From the NCBI RefSeq assembly GCF_014280195.1, contig NZ_CP047960.1:1560001-1592000 (forward strand): a DNA stretch of 32,000 bases, read 5' to 3'. The notes beneath the pieces are model-generated. The model saw only the letters and a program-made list of their open reading frames with translations. It made no database searches and was not told where the DNA came from. Made by a program: the position numbers and the translations under genes. The DNA is from Synechococcus sp. A15-24 (GTDB taxonomy: Bacteria > Cyanobacteriota > Cyanobacteriia > PCC-6307 > Cyanobiaceae). This document shows, piece after piece, positions 1-9,994 of the stretch. Position 1 is the first letter of the stretch, and the number at the start of each line of letters is the position of its first letter.

Positions 1-459
1 GCCACGGGAAGTGCCAATCTCAGCCTCCCAACCATCTTCTACGGGATCCCGATTCTTCTGGGGGGGCTGGCACTGAAGTCATCGGAACTCCCACCCGCCA
101 GACGGGTTACCCCCAAGGCCCAGCTCAAGGCAGAACGCGAGCAAGCCGCTCCAGAGCTGGGCAAGCTGCTTGGGGATGTGACCCGGTGGCGCTATGGGCA
201 GAAGGCCCATCTGGAGTCCTCCCTTGAAGCCCTCAAACTCTGGGACGAAGACAACCCACCGGCTCTCACCGAGATTGAAGAGTTGTCATCCGCTGCGGGC
301 TATGGCCTGCGACTCCGGTTTGAGGGCAACGCCGTACCGATGGATCGCTGGGAAGACAAACTCGATCGCCTCGGTCGTTTTTTCGCCAAGGGGATGAAGG
401 CGGAACTGACCCCTGTTGATCAAACCTGTTTCGATTTGAAGCTCCTGCCTGATGCCTGA
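1..459 (+). CDS. conserved hypothetical membrane protein, C-terminal part (5' end outside the window)
   Basis: Frame 1 is open from base 1 to the TGA at 457-459. The visible N-terminal part is hydrophobic ([17 protein letters not shown]). The 3' end overlaps the argB start by 8 nt, and codons are GC3-rich like the neighbours. Confidence 0.5.
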   Translation, partial: ATGSANLSLPTIFYGIPILLGGLALKSSELPPARRVTPKAQLKAEREQAAPELGKLLGDVTRWRYGQKAHLESSLEALKLWDEDNPPALTEIEELSSAAGYGLRLRFEGNAVPMDRWEDKLDRLGRFFAKGMKAELTPVDQTCFDLKLLPDA

Positions 460-1333
460 GCCGATTCAATCCGGTGACGATGCCCTGAGGGTGTCGGTAC
501 TCAGTGAAGCGCTGCCGTACATCCAGAGATTTTCTGGCCGCCGCATCGTGATCAAGTACGGCGGTGCCGCCATGGCCCATGCCGAGCTGCGCGAGGCGGT
601 GTTCCGTGATCTCGCCCTGCTGGCCTGTGTTGGGGTGCAGCCGGTGGTGGTCCATGGCGGAGGGCCGGAAATCAACCAATGGCTCAAACGTCTGGAGATC
701 CCTGCCGAATTCCGCGACGGCCTGCGGGTCACCGATGCCGACACGATGGATGTGGTGGAGATGGTGCTGGTCGGGCGGGTCAACAAGCAGATTGTCAACG
801 GACTCAATCAACTCGGAACGCGGGCCGTGGGTCTGAGTGGCAGCGACGGCAGCCTGGTGGAAGCACGCCCATGGGGCGACGGCAGCCATGGACTGGTGGG
901 AGATGTGGCCCGGGTCAACCCGGATGTGCTGGAGCCGCTGCTGGAACGGGGTTATGTGCCGGTGATCTCCAGCGTTGCCGCCACCCCGGGTGATGGCCGC
1001 GCCCACAACATCAACGCCGACACCGTGGCCGGCGAGCTGGCGGCAGCCCTCGAGGCCGAGAAGTTGATCCTGCTGACCGATACCCCCGGAATCCTCAGGG
1101 ATCGGGACGATCCCGACTCACTGATTCGCAAACTGCGTCTCTCAGAGGCGCGTCAACTCATCGATGATGGTGTTGTGGCCGGTGGTATGACCCCCAAGAC
1201 CGAATGCTGCATCCGGGCCCTGGCGCAAGGGGTTTCAGCGGCTCACATCGTTGATGGACGGGTGCCCCACGCTCTGCTGCTGGAAGTGTTCACCGATGCC
1301 GGCATCGGCACCATGGTCGTGGGACGCGGCTGA
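452..1333 (+). CDS. argB: acetylglutamate kinase
   Basis: 293 aa. Amino-acid kinase motifs are present: [40 protein letters not shown] and LTDTPGIL. The N-terminal [11 protein letters not shown] is typical of ArgB. Confidence 0.9.
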   Translation: MPEPIQSGDDALRVSVLSEALPYIQRFSGRRIVIKYGGAAMAHAELREAVFRDLALLACVGVQPVVVHGGGPEINQWLKRLEIPAEFRDGLRVTDADTMDVVEMVLVGRVNKQIVNGLNQLGTRAVGLSGSDGSLVEARPWGDGSHGLVGDVARVNPDVLEPLLERGYVPVISSVAATPGDGRAHNINADTVAGELAAALEAEKLILLTDTPGILRDRDDPDSLIRKLRLSEARQLIDDGVVAGGMTPKTECCIRALAQGVSAAHIVDGRVPHALLLEVFTDAGIGTMVVGRG

Positions 1334-1336
1334 AGC

Positions 1337-2386
1337 GTGGACGAGCAACCGGCTCCGCTGGACCTAACGATCGCTCAAACCGCGTTGGAACGCGGTGACT
1401 ACGGCCAGTGCCTGGAACAGCTGACCCCGTTGGCGGAAGCCCGGCCTTTACCGGATCCCGAGGGAGCCAGGGTCCGGCTGTTGATGGTCACGGCCTTGAT
1501 GGGTCAGGGGCGGGACCAGGAGGCCCTCACCATCTGTCAGCTGCTGAGCCGTTCCGGTGAACCGCAGCTGCGCCAGCAGGCCCGTCAGTTGCTGACGATC
1601 CTCGAAGCCCCCGCGTTGGACCGTCCAGAGCGGTGGTCCATGCGGCTTCCGCCTTTATCGATTCAAGCCACTGGCGATGCCGCACCGGTGTCGTCCCGAC
1701 GTCGACGTTCGCGCAAACCGCCACCACCGCCCACAGGTCCCACCCGGCCTCCGGCACTGGGGTTTGCCGTCCTGGTCGCCGCCGTGCTGCTGGCCCTGAC
1801 GGTGGCCCTGAGCGGCTGCGTTCGCATGCAAGCCGATCTCAGCAGCCCGGCGCCGAATCGCCTACAGCTCGCCTGGGAGATCCAGAGCAGCACCGGCCAA
1901 CTCCTGCCCTGGCAGCAACGGTTTGACCGCAAGCTCCAGCCGCTTCAGCCTGATGTAACCGTGGAGCATCCCCGTCCGGGAACTCAGCGGATCACCACCG
2001 CCGCCATGCCCTCTGCAGCCTTCCGGTCAACCCTCACCCAGGTGTTTGAACTCTTAAGCGCCAGTGCTGGGATCGACCTACCGGAACCCAGGATCAGGCT
2101 CGTGGAGCGCAACTGGCTGGTGGGGGTGCAGCAGCGCTTGATCCTGCAACTGGATCTCGATCGACTGCCAGAGCTGCCCGGGGTTGATTTGACCCTCGGA
2201 CTGAACCAGGGGCAGGTGAACCAAACCCTTCGCCCAACTAAAAACATCAACCTGGAAGCCAGCAGCTGGCGCTGGAGTCCACTGGGTCTGGGCAGCCTTG
2301 TGGTGGCGGTTCTGCTGTTGCTCAGTCTGCTGCTGCAGGGGGTTCGACGTCGTCTCGGATTCGGTTTCCCGGAACTTCCCTCCTGA
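1337..2386 (+). CDS. hypothetical membrane-anchored protein (TPR-like N-terminus, Pro/Arg-rich linker, two TM segments)
   Basis: 349 aa ORF with a GTG start 3 nt after the argB stop. It has an SRRRRSRKPPPPPTGPTRPP linker followed by a hydrophobic helix, plus a C-terminal TM segment (LGSLVVAVLLLLSLLL). No family was recognised with certainty. Confidence 0.55.
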   Translation: MDEQPAPLDLTIAQTALERGDYGQCLEQLTPLAEARPLPDPEGARVRLLMVTALMGQGRDQEALTICQLLSRSGEPQLRQQARQLLTILEAPALDRPERWSMRLPPLSIQATGDAAPVSSRRRRSRKPPPPPTGPTRPPALGFAVLVAAVLLALTVALSGCVRMQADLSSPAPNRLQLAWEIQSSTGQLLPWQQRFDRKLQPLQPDVTVEHPRPGTQRITTAAMPSAAFRSTLTQVFELLSASAGIDLPEPRIRLVERNWLVGVQQRLILQLDLDRLPELPGVDLTLGLNQGQVNQTLRPTKNINLEASSWRWSPLGLGSLVVAVLLLLSLLLQGVRRRLGFGFPELPS

Positions 2387-2387
2387 C

Positions 2388-4691
2388 CTACAGCTCCAGC
2401 GGATCAGGATCCACCGCCAGAGCCACACCGCGGGGAAGTTCGTCCCAGAGGGTCTGCCCGGGGGGAAGCGGCAGGGGGGAGCCCACCGGACCGTGGAGCA
2501 GCAACTGCCATCGGCTGCGCCCTGCCACCCGTGCCACCGGGGCTGGGGCCGGCCCCAACAACCACCAGCCACGGTCGCGACAGAGAGGACGTACCCGTTC
2601 CGCCAGAACCGATGCCGCTGTGGCCGTGGCGCTGGCGGACACACCGGACAACCGCAGCAGACAGGCGCGGCTGAAGGGCACGAGCGCCGCCTCCCGCCGC
2701 AGCTGCACCTCCTGGGCCAGGAAATCCTCGTACCGGCCATCCACCAGATGACGAATCACGGGATGGTCTGGGCAGTAGGTCTGCACCAGCACCTGACCGG
2801 GGCGTTCGCCCCGCCCAGCACGACCCGCCAGCTGCATCAGCAATTGCAGAGCCTGTTCAGAGGCCCGTAGATCGGGACGGTGCAACAGGCCATCCGCCGC
2901 AAGCACCGCCGCCAGCGTCACCTGGGGAAGGTCCATGCCCTTGGCCAGCATCTGGGTTCCGATCAACACATCCGCCTCGCCGGAGGCAAAACGATCCAGC
3001 AAGCGACGGTGTCCGTCTCGACCACCGGTTGAGTCCCGGTCGAACCGGAGCAGCCGCAGCCCATCCAATTCCTGATTAAGCAACTCCATGACCTTCTGGG
3101 TTCCGGCACCGAAGGGCTTGAAGGCGGTGGACCCGCAATGGGCGCAACGGTTGCCGATTGCATCGCGGTGATCACACCAGTGACAACGCAGCCACTGACG
3201 ACCGCCGGAACCCCGGTGGACGGTGAGCGCCACATCACAGTTCGGGCACATCACCACCTCCCCGCAACTACGGCACCCCAGAAAAGGGCTGTAGCCCCGT
3301 CGTGGCACGAGGATCACCGCCTGTTCCCCCTTCTCCGGCAGCTCGGCCAATCGATCCATCAGCGGCCGACTGATCAGTCGACGGTGTCCTTCGGCGAGCT
3401 CATGCCGCATGTCCACCACATGGACCGGAGGCAGAGACTGCTGAGAGATCCGCTGGGTCAGACGTCCCAGATGCAGGGGCCCATCGGGATGCAGTTGCAC
3501 CCAGCTGTCCAGTGATGGGGTGGCGCTGCCGAGCACCAGGCGCCCACCACTGGCACGAATCCGATCCAAAGCCAGGTCCCTGGCGTGATAGCAGGGCATC
3601 GGGGAGTCCTGTTTGTAGGAGCTGTCGTGTTCCTCATCCAGCACCACCAACCCCAGCGGCGAGAGGGGAATGAACACCGCTGAGCGGGTTCCCACCACCA
3701 GCAGAGGCTGCTCGGGCGCAAGGCAGCGACGCCACACCTGGAGGCGCTCCCGATCCCGGCAACCGCTGTGATATTCGAGAACCCTGGAGCCGAAGCGACG
3801 CCGGCAACGATCCACCAACTGAGGAATCAGGCCGATCTCAGGGGTGAGGATCAACACATGACGGCCGGCCGCCAACTCCTGCTCCGCCAACTGCAGGTAC
3901 ACCTCGGTCTTGCCGGACCCGGTGATGCCCCAGAGCAGCATCCCCTCCCCATCGGGAACGGCCTCAAAGCGCTGCATCACCTGCTGCTGCTCACTGGTGA
4001 GGGGCCTGGCGGCCTCCAGCGGGGCAGCAGACATCACCCCTGTGGAGAGGGGACGCCGATCCCGGCGCACCCAGCCTTTTGCCTCCATGGACCGGACCAT
4101 GGCAGGACTGAAGCCGGAAGCTTCCAGCGAGCGCTGCCACAGTCCCGACCCCGCAGCATCCAGCGCATCCAGGAGTTGCTGCTGGCGGAACGTGAGGCGG
4201 GGAGCGGGCTCGGGTGGCTGCAACCGCTCCACCCACAACAATGCACGACCTTCAGACAGGGTCCGGGCCTGGCCCAGCCAACCGGCGGGGAGGGCTGCTT
4301 TCAGCATCCGGAACACACTGAGATGGCAGCGTTCAGCCACCCCCTCAAGCCAGAGGCGCCACTGGGGGTCTACTGCAGCTCGTTGCACCAGGCCTTCAAC
4401 CGCCTGAAGCTTCTCCGGCACGGTGGCTCCAAGGGACACGTTGTATCTGGCAACCACCAATCCATGCAGAGGACGTCCCCTCAACCGCACCCGCACCAGG
4501 TCGCCGGCCTGCAACCCAAGCGCTGCATCGGCGCTGTAGGTGAAGGTCCTGCCCTCACGCCCAGCCTCAAGCCAGACCTCAACGAGATCAGGAGGCTTGT
4601 CGGAAGGGTTGCAAAGGCCCGAAAACTTCATTAAGGTGGAAATGTTGACTAAGTATTGGTCGACACTGCGCTCGATCCAGCGGGAAGACAC
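2388..4691 (-). CDS. priA: primosomal protein N' (replication restart helicase PriA)
   Basis: 767 aa. Walker A GITGSGKTEV and DEAH-like VLDEEHD are present. So are the Cys-rich zinc-binding segments CRSCGEVVMCPNCDVALTVH...CHWCDH...CAHCGS typical of PriA. The start is uncertain (ATG at 4691 or ATG at 4631). Confidence 0.88.
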   Translation of the reverse strand: MSSRWIERSVDQYLVNISTLMKFSGLCNPSDKPPDLVEVWLEAGREGRTFTYSADAALGLQAGDLVRVRLRGRPLHGLVVARYNVSLGATVPEKLQAVEGLVQRAAVDPQWRLWLEGVAERCHLSVFRMLKAALPAGWLGQARTLSEGRALLWVERLQPPEPAPRLTFRQQQLLDALDAAGSGLWQRSLEASGFSPAMVRSMEAKGWVRRDRRPLSTGVMSAAPLEAARPLTSEQQQVMQRFEAVPDGEGMLLWGITGSGKTEVYLQLAEQELAAGRHVLILTPEIGLIPQLVDRCRRRFGSRVLEYHSGCRDRERLQVWRRCLAPEQPLLVVGTRSAVFIPLSPLGLVVLDEEHDSSYKQDSPMPCYHARDLALDRIRASGGRLVLGSATPSLDSWVQLHPDGPLHLGRLTQRISQQSLPPVHVVDMRHELAEGHRRLISRPLMDRLAELPEKGEQAVILVPRRGYSPFLGCRSCGEVVMCPNCDVALTVHRGSGGRQWLRCHWCDHRDAIGNRCAHCGSTAFKPFGAGTQKVMELLNQELDGLRLLRFDRDSTGGRDGHRRLLDRFASGEADVLIGTQMLAKGMDLPQVTLAAVLAADGLLHRPDLRASEQALQLLMQLAGRAGRGERPGQVLVQTYCPDHPVIRHLVDGRYEDFLAQEVQLRREAALVPFSRACLLRLSGVSASATATAASVLAERVRPLCRDRGWWLLGPAPAPVARVAGRSRWQLLLHGPVGSPLPLPPGQTLWDELPRGVALAVDPDPLEL

Positions 4692-4944
4692 GCAGTCTGA
4701 AGTCAGGACCTACGACCTGCCACTTCGACCGGTCTGAGACCACCCCGGACAGCACAGAATCCTGATCCAAGAGACCCCATCAGCGGTCACCTGCACAGCT
4801 TTCCATTGATCACGAGCGACGTTCTTCATCGCGGCACTGCCGTCGAGATTTAAACCGCCGTGACTTTCTCAGGGTTTCGTCTGCACGGGACTCCACTGGG
4901 ATTGGTGCTGTTCTTCGTCTTCCCCTTTTCACGCTTCATCGACC

Positions 4945-6360
4945 ATGAGCCCTGCCGCCACCAAAACCGCCAAGCCGGACATCGTTCTGCTGGCCAACTC
5001 CGAGGGAGAGGTGGGGGAGGTCATGCCAACCGCTGAAACCAAGAAGGTTCCAGCCCGACGTCGCAGCAGTAAGGCCAGCGCCAAGGATCTAACAACAGAA
5101 GCCGACGAGCTTTTAGCCGCCGCCGACCCGAAGAAGGCAGAGGCCAGCAAAACAAAAGACAAAGCAGCTCCGAAGGCCAGCACGAAAAAGACCACGGCCA
5201 AGGCAGCAACAGCCAAGAAACCCTCTGCCAAGAAAGCCACCGCCAAGAAAGCCAGCAGCAAGACCATCGCTGCGACTGATGCGGCACCAGCCAAGGCTGT
5301 GGTGGCCAAGCCTGAAATCGTGCTGTCTCCAGAGGAGAAAGCCAAAGCCATTGCTGCTGAGAAGGCAGCGAAAGCCAAGGCGCTGGCCAGCATCAAGATC
5401 GGCCCGAAGGGTGTCTACACCGAAGACTCCATTCGGGTGTATCTCCAGGAAATCGGACGTATCCGCCTGCTCCGGCCCGATGAGGAGATTGAGCTGGCTC
5501 GGAAAATCGCCGATCTGCTCCACCTTGAAGAGCTCGCCGCTCAATTCGAGAGCGACAACGGCCGGGAACCCGACAACAAGGAATGGGCGGCTCTAGTGGA
5601 GATGCCCCTGATCCGCTTCCGCCGACGCCTGATGCTCGGACGTCGGGCCAAGGAAAAGATGGTGCAGTCCAACCTGCGCCTGGTGGTGTCCATCGCCAAG
5701 AAGTACATGAACCGGGGCCTGAGCTTCCAGGACCTGATCCAAGAGGGCAGCCTCGGCCTGATTCGCGCCGCCGAGAAGTTTGATCACGAGAAGGGCTACA
5801 AGTTCTCCACGTACGCCACCTGGTGGATCCGGCAGGCCATCACCCGTGCCATCGCGGATCAATCCCGCACCATTCGCCTGCCGGTGCACCTCTACGAGAC
5901 GATTTCCCGCATCAAGAAAACCACCAAGGTCCTCTCCCAGGAATTCGGTCGTAAGCCAACCGAAGAAGAAATTGCTGAATCGATGGAGATGACCATCGAG
6001 AAGTTGCGCTTCATCGCCAAGAGTGCCCAGTTGCCCATCTCCCTGGAAACCCCCATCGGCAAGGAAGAAGACTCGCGCCTCGGGGACTTCATCGAAGCCG
6101 ACATTGAGAATCCTGAGCAGGACGTGGCCAAAAATCTTCTTCGGGAAGATCTGGAAGGAGTTCTCGCCACCCTCAGCCCCCGCGAACGGGATGTACTGCG
6201 GCTGCGCTATGGCCTGGATGACGGACGGATGAAGACCCTCGAAGAGATCGGTCAGATTTTCGATGTAACCCGCGAACGCATCCGCCAGATCGAAGCCAAG
6301 GCCCTGCGCAAACTGCGCCACCCCAACCGCAACGGTGTTCTGAAGGAGTACATCAAATGA
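4945..6360 (+). CDS. rpoD: RNA polymerase primary (group 1) sigma-70 factor
   Basis: 471 aa. Region 2 ([29 protein letters not shown]) and region 4.2 ([30 protein letters not shown]) are present, with a long Ala/Lys-rich N-terminal extension. Confidence 0.93.
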   Translation: MSPAATKTAKPDIVLLANSEGEVGEVMPTAETKKVPARRRSSKASAKDLTTEADELLAAADPKKAEASKTKDKAAPKASTKKTTAKAATAKKPSAKKATAKKASSKTIAATDAAPAKAVVAKPEIVLSPEEKAKAIAAEKAAKAKALASIKIGPKGVYTEDSIRVYLQEIGRIRLLRPDEEIELARKIADLLHLEELAAQFESDNGREPDNKEWAALVEMPLIRFRRRLMLGRRAKEKMVQSNLRLVVSIAKKYMNRGLSFQDLIQEGSLGLIRAAEKFDHEKGYKFSTYATWWIRQAITRAIADQSRTIRLPVHLYETISRIKKTTKVLSQEFGRKPTEEEIAESMEMTIEKLRFIAKSAQLPISLETPIGKEEDSRLGDFIEADIENPEQDVAKNLLREDLEGVLATLSPRERDVLRLRYGLDDGRMKTLEEIGQIFDVTRERIRQIEAKALRKLRHPNRNGVLKEYIK

Positions 6361-6441
6361 TCCTCAAGCATCGCTGAAAAGCGCTGCTATTACTGAGTTC
6401 ACAGATACAGCCTTGACAACTGCACGCCGAGGGACCTCAAT

Positions 6442-8292
6442 ATGTACCTCGGCTTGTACCTCACTCTGGCTTCTGCACCGTTCCGCTATGCCTGGAGAAA
6501 GGGCAACGCTTGGTGGTTCAAGCGGCGAGTGCCTGCCAGTTGCAGAGAGGCCTTAGGCACCGCCCAATGGGCGTACAGGCTCGGGCCGATCAACGACGAG
6601 AACGGCTGTCGGATCAAAGCGGCGGAACACGAGAGAAAGACCAACGAGCTGATCAGCACGATCACAAGCGAAGTGCCGCCGTCGCCAGCAGCCGTGGAGC
6701 TGCTGGCACGGCGCATCGCAGCCAAGACCAACAACAAGCGTTTGGAAGTGCCTGAGGGCATCGCTGGCGAATCGGCGTTGCTCCTGAACAAGGCCAAGCG
6801 GTCCGCCATCGCTCAACACCTGAAAGACGACACGGCAGTGGTGCCGCTTGAGGCGGCACCAACGACTGTGGAACAGACAAAAGACAAGAACGGCGGCGTC
6901 CGACTCGCAACGCAACTGCCTGACGCAAGACACCTGCTGACGAGGTTTGAACTCACTGAGGCCAAGCTCCAACAGATCGAAGACGCGACAGCAGGCGAGA
7001 CGTTGACGATGGAAGTAGGACAAATTGCGGCATCGACGGAAGAAGCTCCGTCTGGACTGCTGACAAGCGACAAAGAGCTGGCGGGAGAGCTGAAGAAAAC
7101 GAGAGCCCGCCTGATCGATGAAGGGCAAGACGTCGATGGCGATCTGCTGCGCCGAGCCACGGCATTAGTCGCCCACCTCCAGGGCAAGCACGAGGGGAAA
7201 AGGCTGAGCGTCAATCGCGACGGCTTTGAAATGGTGCTGGAGCCAGAGAAGGTTCCCGCCGTCAAACGCAAATTGGAAGACCTGCCACGTCTGTACATCG
7301 AAGCCAAGAAAGGGGCTTACGACACCAAGCACAAGGCCATGGAGCATTTCATTGAGGTAACTTGGAAACAACATCTGGATCAGACATCCATCAACGACAG
7401 ACACAAGCTGATCAGCGATCACCAACTGAAAGGCAGGGAGAAACGCGGAAAGAAAGCCTGGAAGGATTCCACCTTCATGACAAACATGCGGCACCTGAAC
7501 TCACTGTTCAAATGGGCGGTCGACATGCAATATATAGAGAAAAATCCAGTTGAAGGATGGTCGAACGTATGGACACCTGAGAAGTCAGAGACAGACGAAG
7601 AAGACGACAGCAAGGGATTCACAGTTGATCAAATCAGGAAGATCGACAGGATCATCACTAACGGTATTTTCGACAACCCTGAAGACTTACATCTTTGGAT
7701 CTTGCAAAGATGCTTCGGAGGACGCATCTCCGAATTTGCTGGCCTACGTCACTCTGACTTCAGAGAATTCAAAGGTCAAAAGTGTATCTTTGTCGTCAAG
7801 CATTCTCTCCGATCACTCAAGAACGGAAAGACAAAGAAGATCCTCCCAGTGCCAGCTTGCATCGAATGGCTGTGGGATACCTATGCAAGCGATGACAAAA
7901 GTGTGATTTGGCCGAAGTTCATGACCCAACGAAAAGACAAGATGGGTAACATGAGGACAGAATGGGCAACTACCTTTGCTGGCAATCTTGGAAGATGGAT
8001 GAGGAAATATGCAAAAGACAACCAACTTGAACGCGAACTCCCGAATGAATACTGGACAACAAAAGTATTCAGACGTTCTATTGGATCAATCCTGAGAGAT
8101 CTCACTGGAGAAGATCACGTGAGCCGAGACCACCTCAATCTCATGAGAGGCCACGCCGACGGATCCATTGCCAGGATCTACGACGACTCAGAAGTCAGGC
8201 AGGTCGCCAGGGCAGCCGAGATCTACGCGAGGGTCACAGGCTTCGACAAAATCGCCCTGGCCATGGGGGAGTCTGAGTGTCTTACTGTCTGA
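6442..8292 (+). CDS. tyrosine-type site-specific recombinase / integrase with a long N-terminal extension
   Basis: 616 aa. The N-terminal RKGNAWWFKRRVPASCREALG resembles the Y-x-RRRVP motif seen at the N-termini of many integrases. The C-terminal catalytic residues read by eye are GGRISEFAGLRHSDF (Arg), LKNGKTKKILPVP (Lys), FRRSIGSIL (Arg) and LMRGHADGSIARIYDD (His, Tyr). Confidence 0.8.
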   Translation: MYLGLYLTLASAPFRYAWRKGNAWWFKRRVPASCREALGTAQWAYRLGPINDENGCRIKAAEHERKTNELISTITSEVPPSPAAVELLARRIAAKTNNKRLEVPEGIAGESALLLNKAKRSAIAQHLKDDTAVVPLEAAPTTVEQTKDKNGGVRLATQLPDARHLLTRFELTEAKLQQIEDATAGETLTMEVGQIAASTEEAPSGLLTSDKELAGELKKTRARLIDEGQDVDGDLLRRATALVAHLQGKHEGKRLSVNRDGFEMVLEPEKVPAVKRKLEDLPRLYIEAKKGAYDTKHKAMEHFIEVTWKQHLDQTSINDRHKLISDHQLKGREKRGKKAWKDSTFMTNMRHLNSLFKWAVDMQYIEKNPVEGWSNVWTPEKSETDEEDDSKGFTVDQIRKIDRIITNGIFDNPEDLHLWILQRCFGGRISEFAGLRHSDFREFKGQKCIFVVKHSLRSLKNGKTKKILPVPACIEWLWDTYASDDKSVIWPKFMTQRKDKMGNMRTEWATTFAGNLGRWMRKYAKDNQLERELPNEYWTTKVFRRSIGSILRDLTGEDHVSRDHLNLMRGHADGSIARIYDDSEVRQVARAAEIYARVTGFDKIALAMGESECLTV

Positions 8293-8346
8293 GAGAAAAT
8301 AAGAAAACACCCGTACCTGAAAAGCCGCTGTCTGAGCACAGGCACT

Positions 8347-8383
8347 AAAAAAGCCGAGTGCCCAAAATCAATCGGACACTCGG
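8347..8383 (-). terminator. rho-independent terminator of the VirE-like gene
   Basis: On the minus strand there is a CCGAGTG / CACTCGG 7-bp stem (8354-8360 and 8377-8383) followed by C and T6 (8352-8347). It starts 18 nt downstream of the stop at 8401. Confidence 0.6.
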
Positions 8384-8400
8384 ACAGAGGCGATGGAAGA

Positions 8401-9687
8401 TCAGAACAGTGGGCCGTCGCCGAACTGCATTGCGCGTTCTTGGTCCTCGATCTCCAGGCGCAACTCGTGGTTACACCGATAGACATTTTGGCGTGATCCC
8501 TCGATCCACTCCTTCTGTCCTGCCTTGATCCACTTGATCGGGGCAATACCTCGGCCAACCATCCCTTTGTTGCGTTCATAGTCCTTCTCTTCACCGTTGA
8601 AGACTTCCTTCCAACATTCGATGCCTCGGAAGTAAGGACGCTGTTTTGCAAATCGGGCAATTTCAAGCGTCATGGCAACTTCCTGCATGTACTGAAGGTT
8701 GTCTTCGTCAGCAAGCTCAGAAAGCTCAAGCGGAAGCATTGGAAGTTCTCCTTCTTTGTATGCCAAGACTGCTGCCAGCAAGATGGAATCTCGCTCAGCC
8801 AAGAGCTGGTCAGTGTCAATGGGATCGACCTTGGCCTTCTGAACAGTAATGATCTGATAGCGCCTATTGCCAGTTGGATCGCTGAGGAAGTTAGCTTCGT
8901 CGTTAATTAAGCCGCAAAGAACAAACCCACGCTTATGGGATTCTGAAGTTCGACCGTATTGAGGAACAAAGTCATCCCTAACGCTCGTCACGAAAGCCTT
9001 GAAGCTGTCAGTAGCTTCAAGACGTCCAGAGACGCGCTTGCCCAACTCAGTTAGCTCTACAGCGGCAAACTGATGGATGGTCTGCAATACCTTGGCAGTG
9101 ACATCACCCGACTTTGGCATTGAGAAACCAGCAGTGATGTAGTCACCACCGACCAAGGCAGACCAGAACGAAGATTTACGGCAACCACCTTCCACTTGCA
9201 AAGTGACGATGTGGTCATACTTGAAGCCAGGCTCATACTGCCTAGCAACGAAGGCAATCAACCATTTACGTAAATAGACCGAATAGAGCTCTTCAAACTT
9301 GGATTCACCCGTAGGTCTCAAATAACGAGCAACTAGCGAATCAAGGTTTGCAGGCTCCAGCAAACCTTCTTCGTAACTCCCCAACAGTCCATAAAGATAC
9401 TGACGAACAGGGTGATAGCTGTTCTTCAATGCAGCGCGGATCATGGCATCCATTGCAAGAGCCTTCGTAACTTCAACGTCAAGCTCTTCTGACAAGATGA
9501 AGTAAGCCTGCTGAGTATCTCGGTTCAGCAGAATCTCTCCATCCAGTTCAACATCGTTGCGCATCTCGTTGAACTTGAGCCTGTCACCAAATAACTCAGT
9601 CAACAGTTTCACCACTTCACGCGGTGATGTAATTCGATTAGTAATGGCAGTCATGGCGGGATATCTCTTGGTGCTCGGCGACAGCAC
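8401..9687 (-). CDS. VirE / phage-plasmid primase-helicase-like (P-loop NTPase-like) replication protein
   Basis: 428 aa. The central block IVTLQVEGGCRKSSFWSALVGG...FAAVELTELG...FVPQYGRTSESHKRGFVLCGLINDEANFLSDPTGNRRYQIITV resembles the virulence-associated protein E / D5-like NTPase layout. Position 9687 is a GTG; an alternative ATG start lies at 9654. Confidence 0.6.
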   Translation of the reverse strand: MLSPSTKRYPAMTAITNRITSPREVVKLLTELFGDRLKFNEMRNDVELDGEILLNRDTQQAYFILSEELDVEVTKALAMDAMIRAALKNSYHPVRQYLYGLLGSYEEGLLEPANLDSLVARYLRPTGESKFEELYSVYLRKWLIAFVARQYEPGFKYDHIVTLQVEGGCRKSSFWSALVGGDYITAGFSMPKSGDVTAKVLQTIHQFAAVELTELGKRVSGRLEATDSFKAFVTSVRDDFVPQYGRTSESHKRGFVLCGLINDEANFLSDPTGNRRYQIITVQKAKVDPIDTDQLLAERDSILLAAVLAYKEGELPMLPLELSELADEDNLQYMQEVAMTLEIARFAKQRPYFRGIECWKEVFNGEEKDYERNKGMVGRGIAPIKWIKAGQKEWIEGSRQNVYRCNHELRLEIEDQERAMQFGDGPLF

Positions 9688-9726
9688 AAAAAAAAGCCGA
9701 TCAGCAATCCAATGAAGGGGGAAGCC

Positions 9727-9888
9727 TTAGAGCTTCCCTTCGATCACCTGCTTTGCATAAGCCGTTGCTGCATGGCGGATCAACACAGAACGCGAGACAT
9801 TCTTCAGCCCAGCAGCCTCATCGATTATCCTCAATTGATCAGGAAGAAAGCGAGAACCTTTGGGTGAGTATGTGTTTAGATTCGCCAT
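9727..9888 (-). CDS. ribbon-helix-helix (CopG/Arc-like) DNA-binding protein
   Basis: 53 aa from the ATG at 9888: MANLNTYSPKGSRFLPDQLRIIDEAAGLKNVSRSVLIRHAATAYAKQVIEGKL. This gives a beta-strand (SRFLP) plus two helices, the typical RHH pattern. It sits 39 nt upstream of the VirE-like gene. Confidence 0.55.
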   Translation of the reverse strand: MANLNTYSPKGSRFLPDQLRIIDEAAGLKNVSRSVLIRHAATAYAKQVIEGKL

Positions 9889-9994
9889 AGAGAAAGAAAC
9901 AGGGGCGCCCCTTATAAACGCCCCTGACAGCAAGTGAATGGACCGCCAATCGCACGCGCCGAGTTACGCGTACCCTTTAATTTTAGCGGCAAAT

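Noticed and set aside
266-1006. Long antisense or alternate-frame ORFs inside high-GC genes. Examples: 266-1006 (-), 2078-2740 (-), 3768-4634 (+), 5593-6321 (-), 15577-16254 (-), 17428-18150 (+), 20734-21426 (-), 22321-22923 (-), 24153-24746 (-), 24804-25568 (-), 27131-28024 (+), 28203-28904 (+), 28928-29722 (+), 29809-31095 (+).
   Set aside because: They overlap ORFs with clear family motifs. They have Arg/Pro/Gly-rich, low-information translations typical of shadow ORFs in GC-rich DNA.
6361-6441. rpoD intrinsic terminator, or a tRNA-like element, in the 81-nt gap before the integrase
   Set aside because: The gap holds only an imperfect hairpin (GCATCGC-TGAAAA-GCGCTGC) with a mismatch and no T-tract. 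It has no tRNA features.
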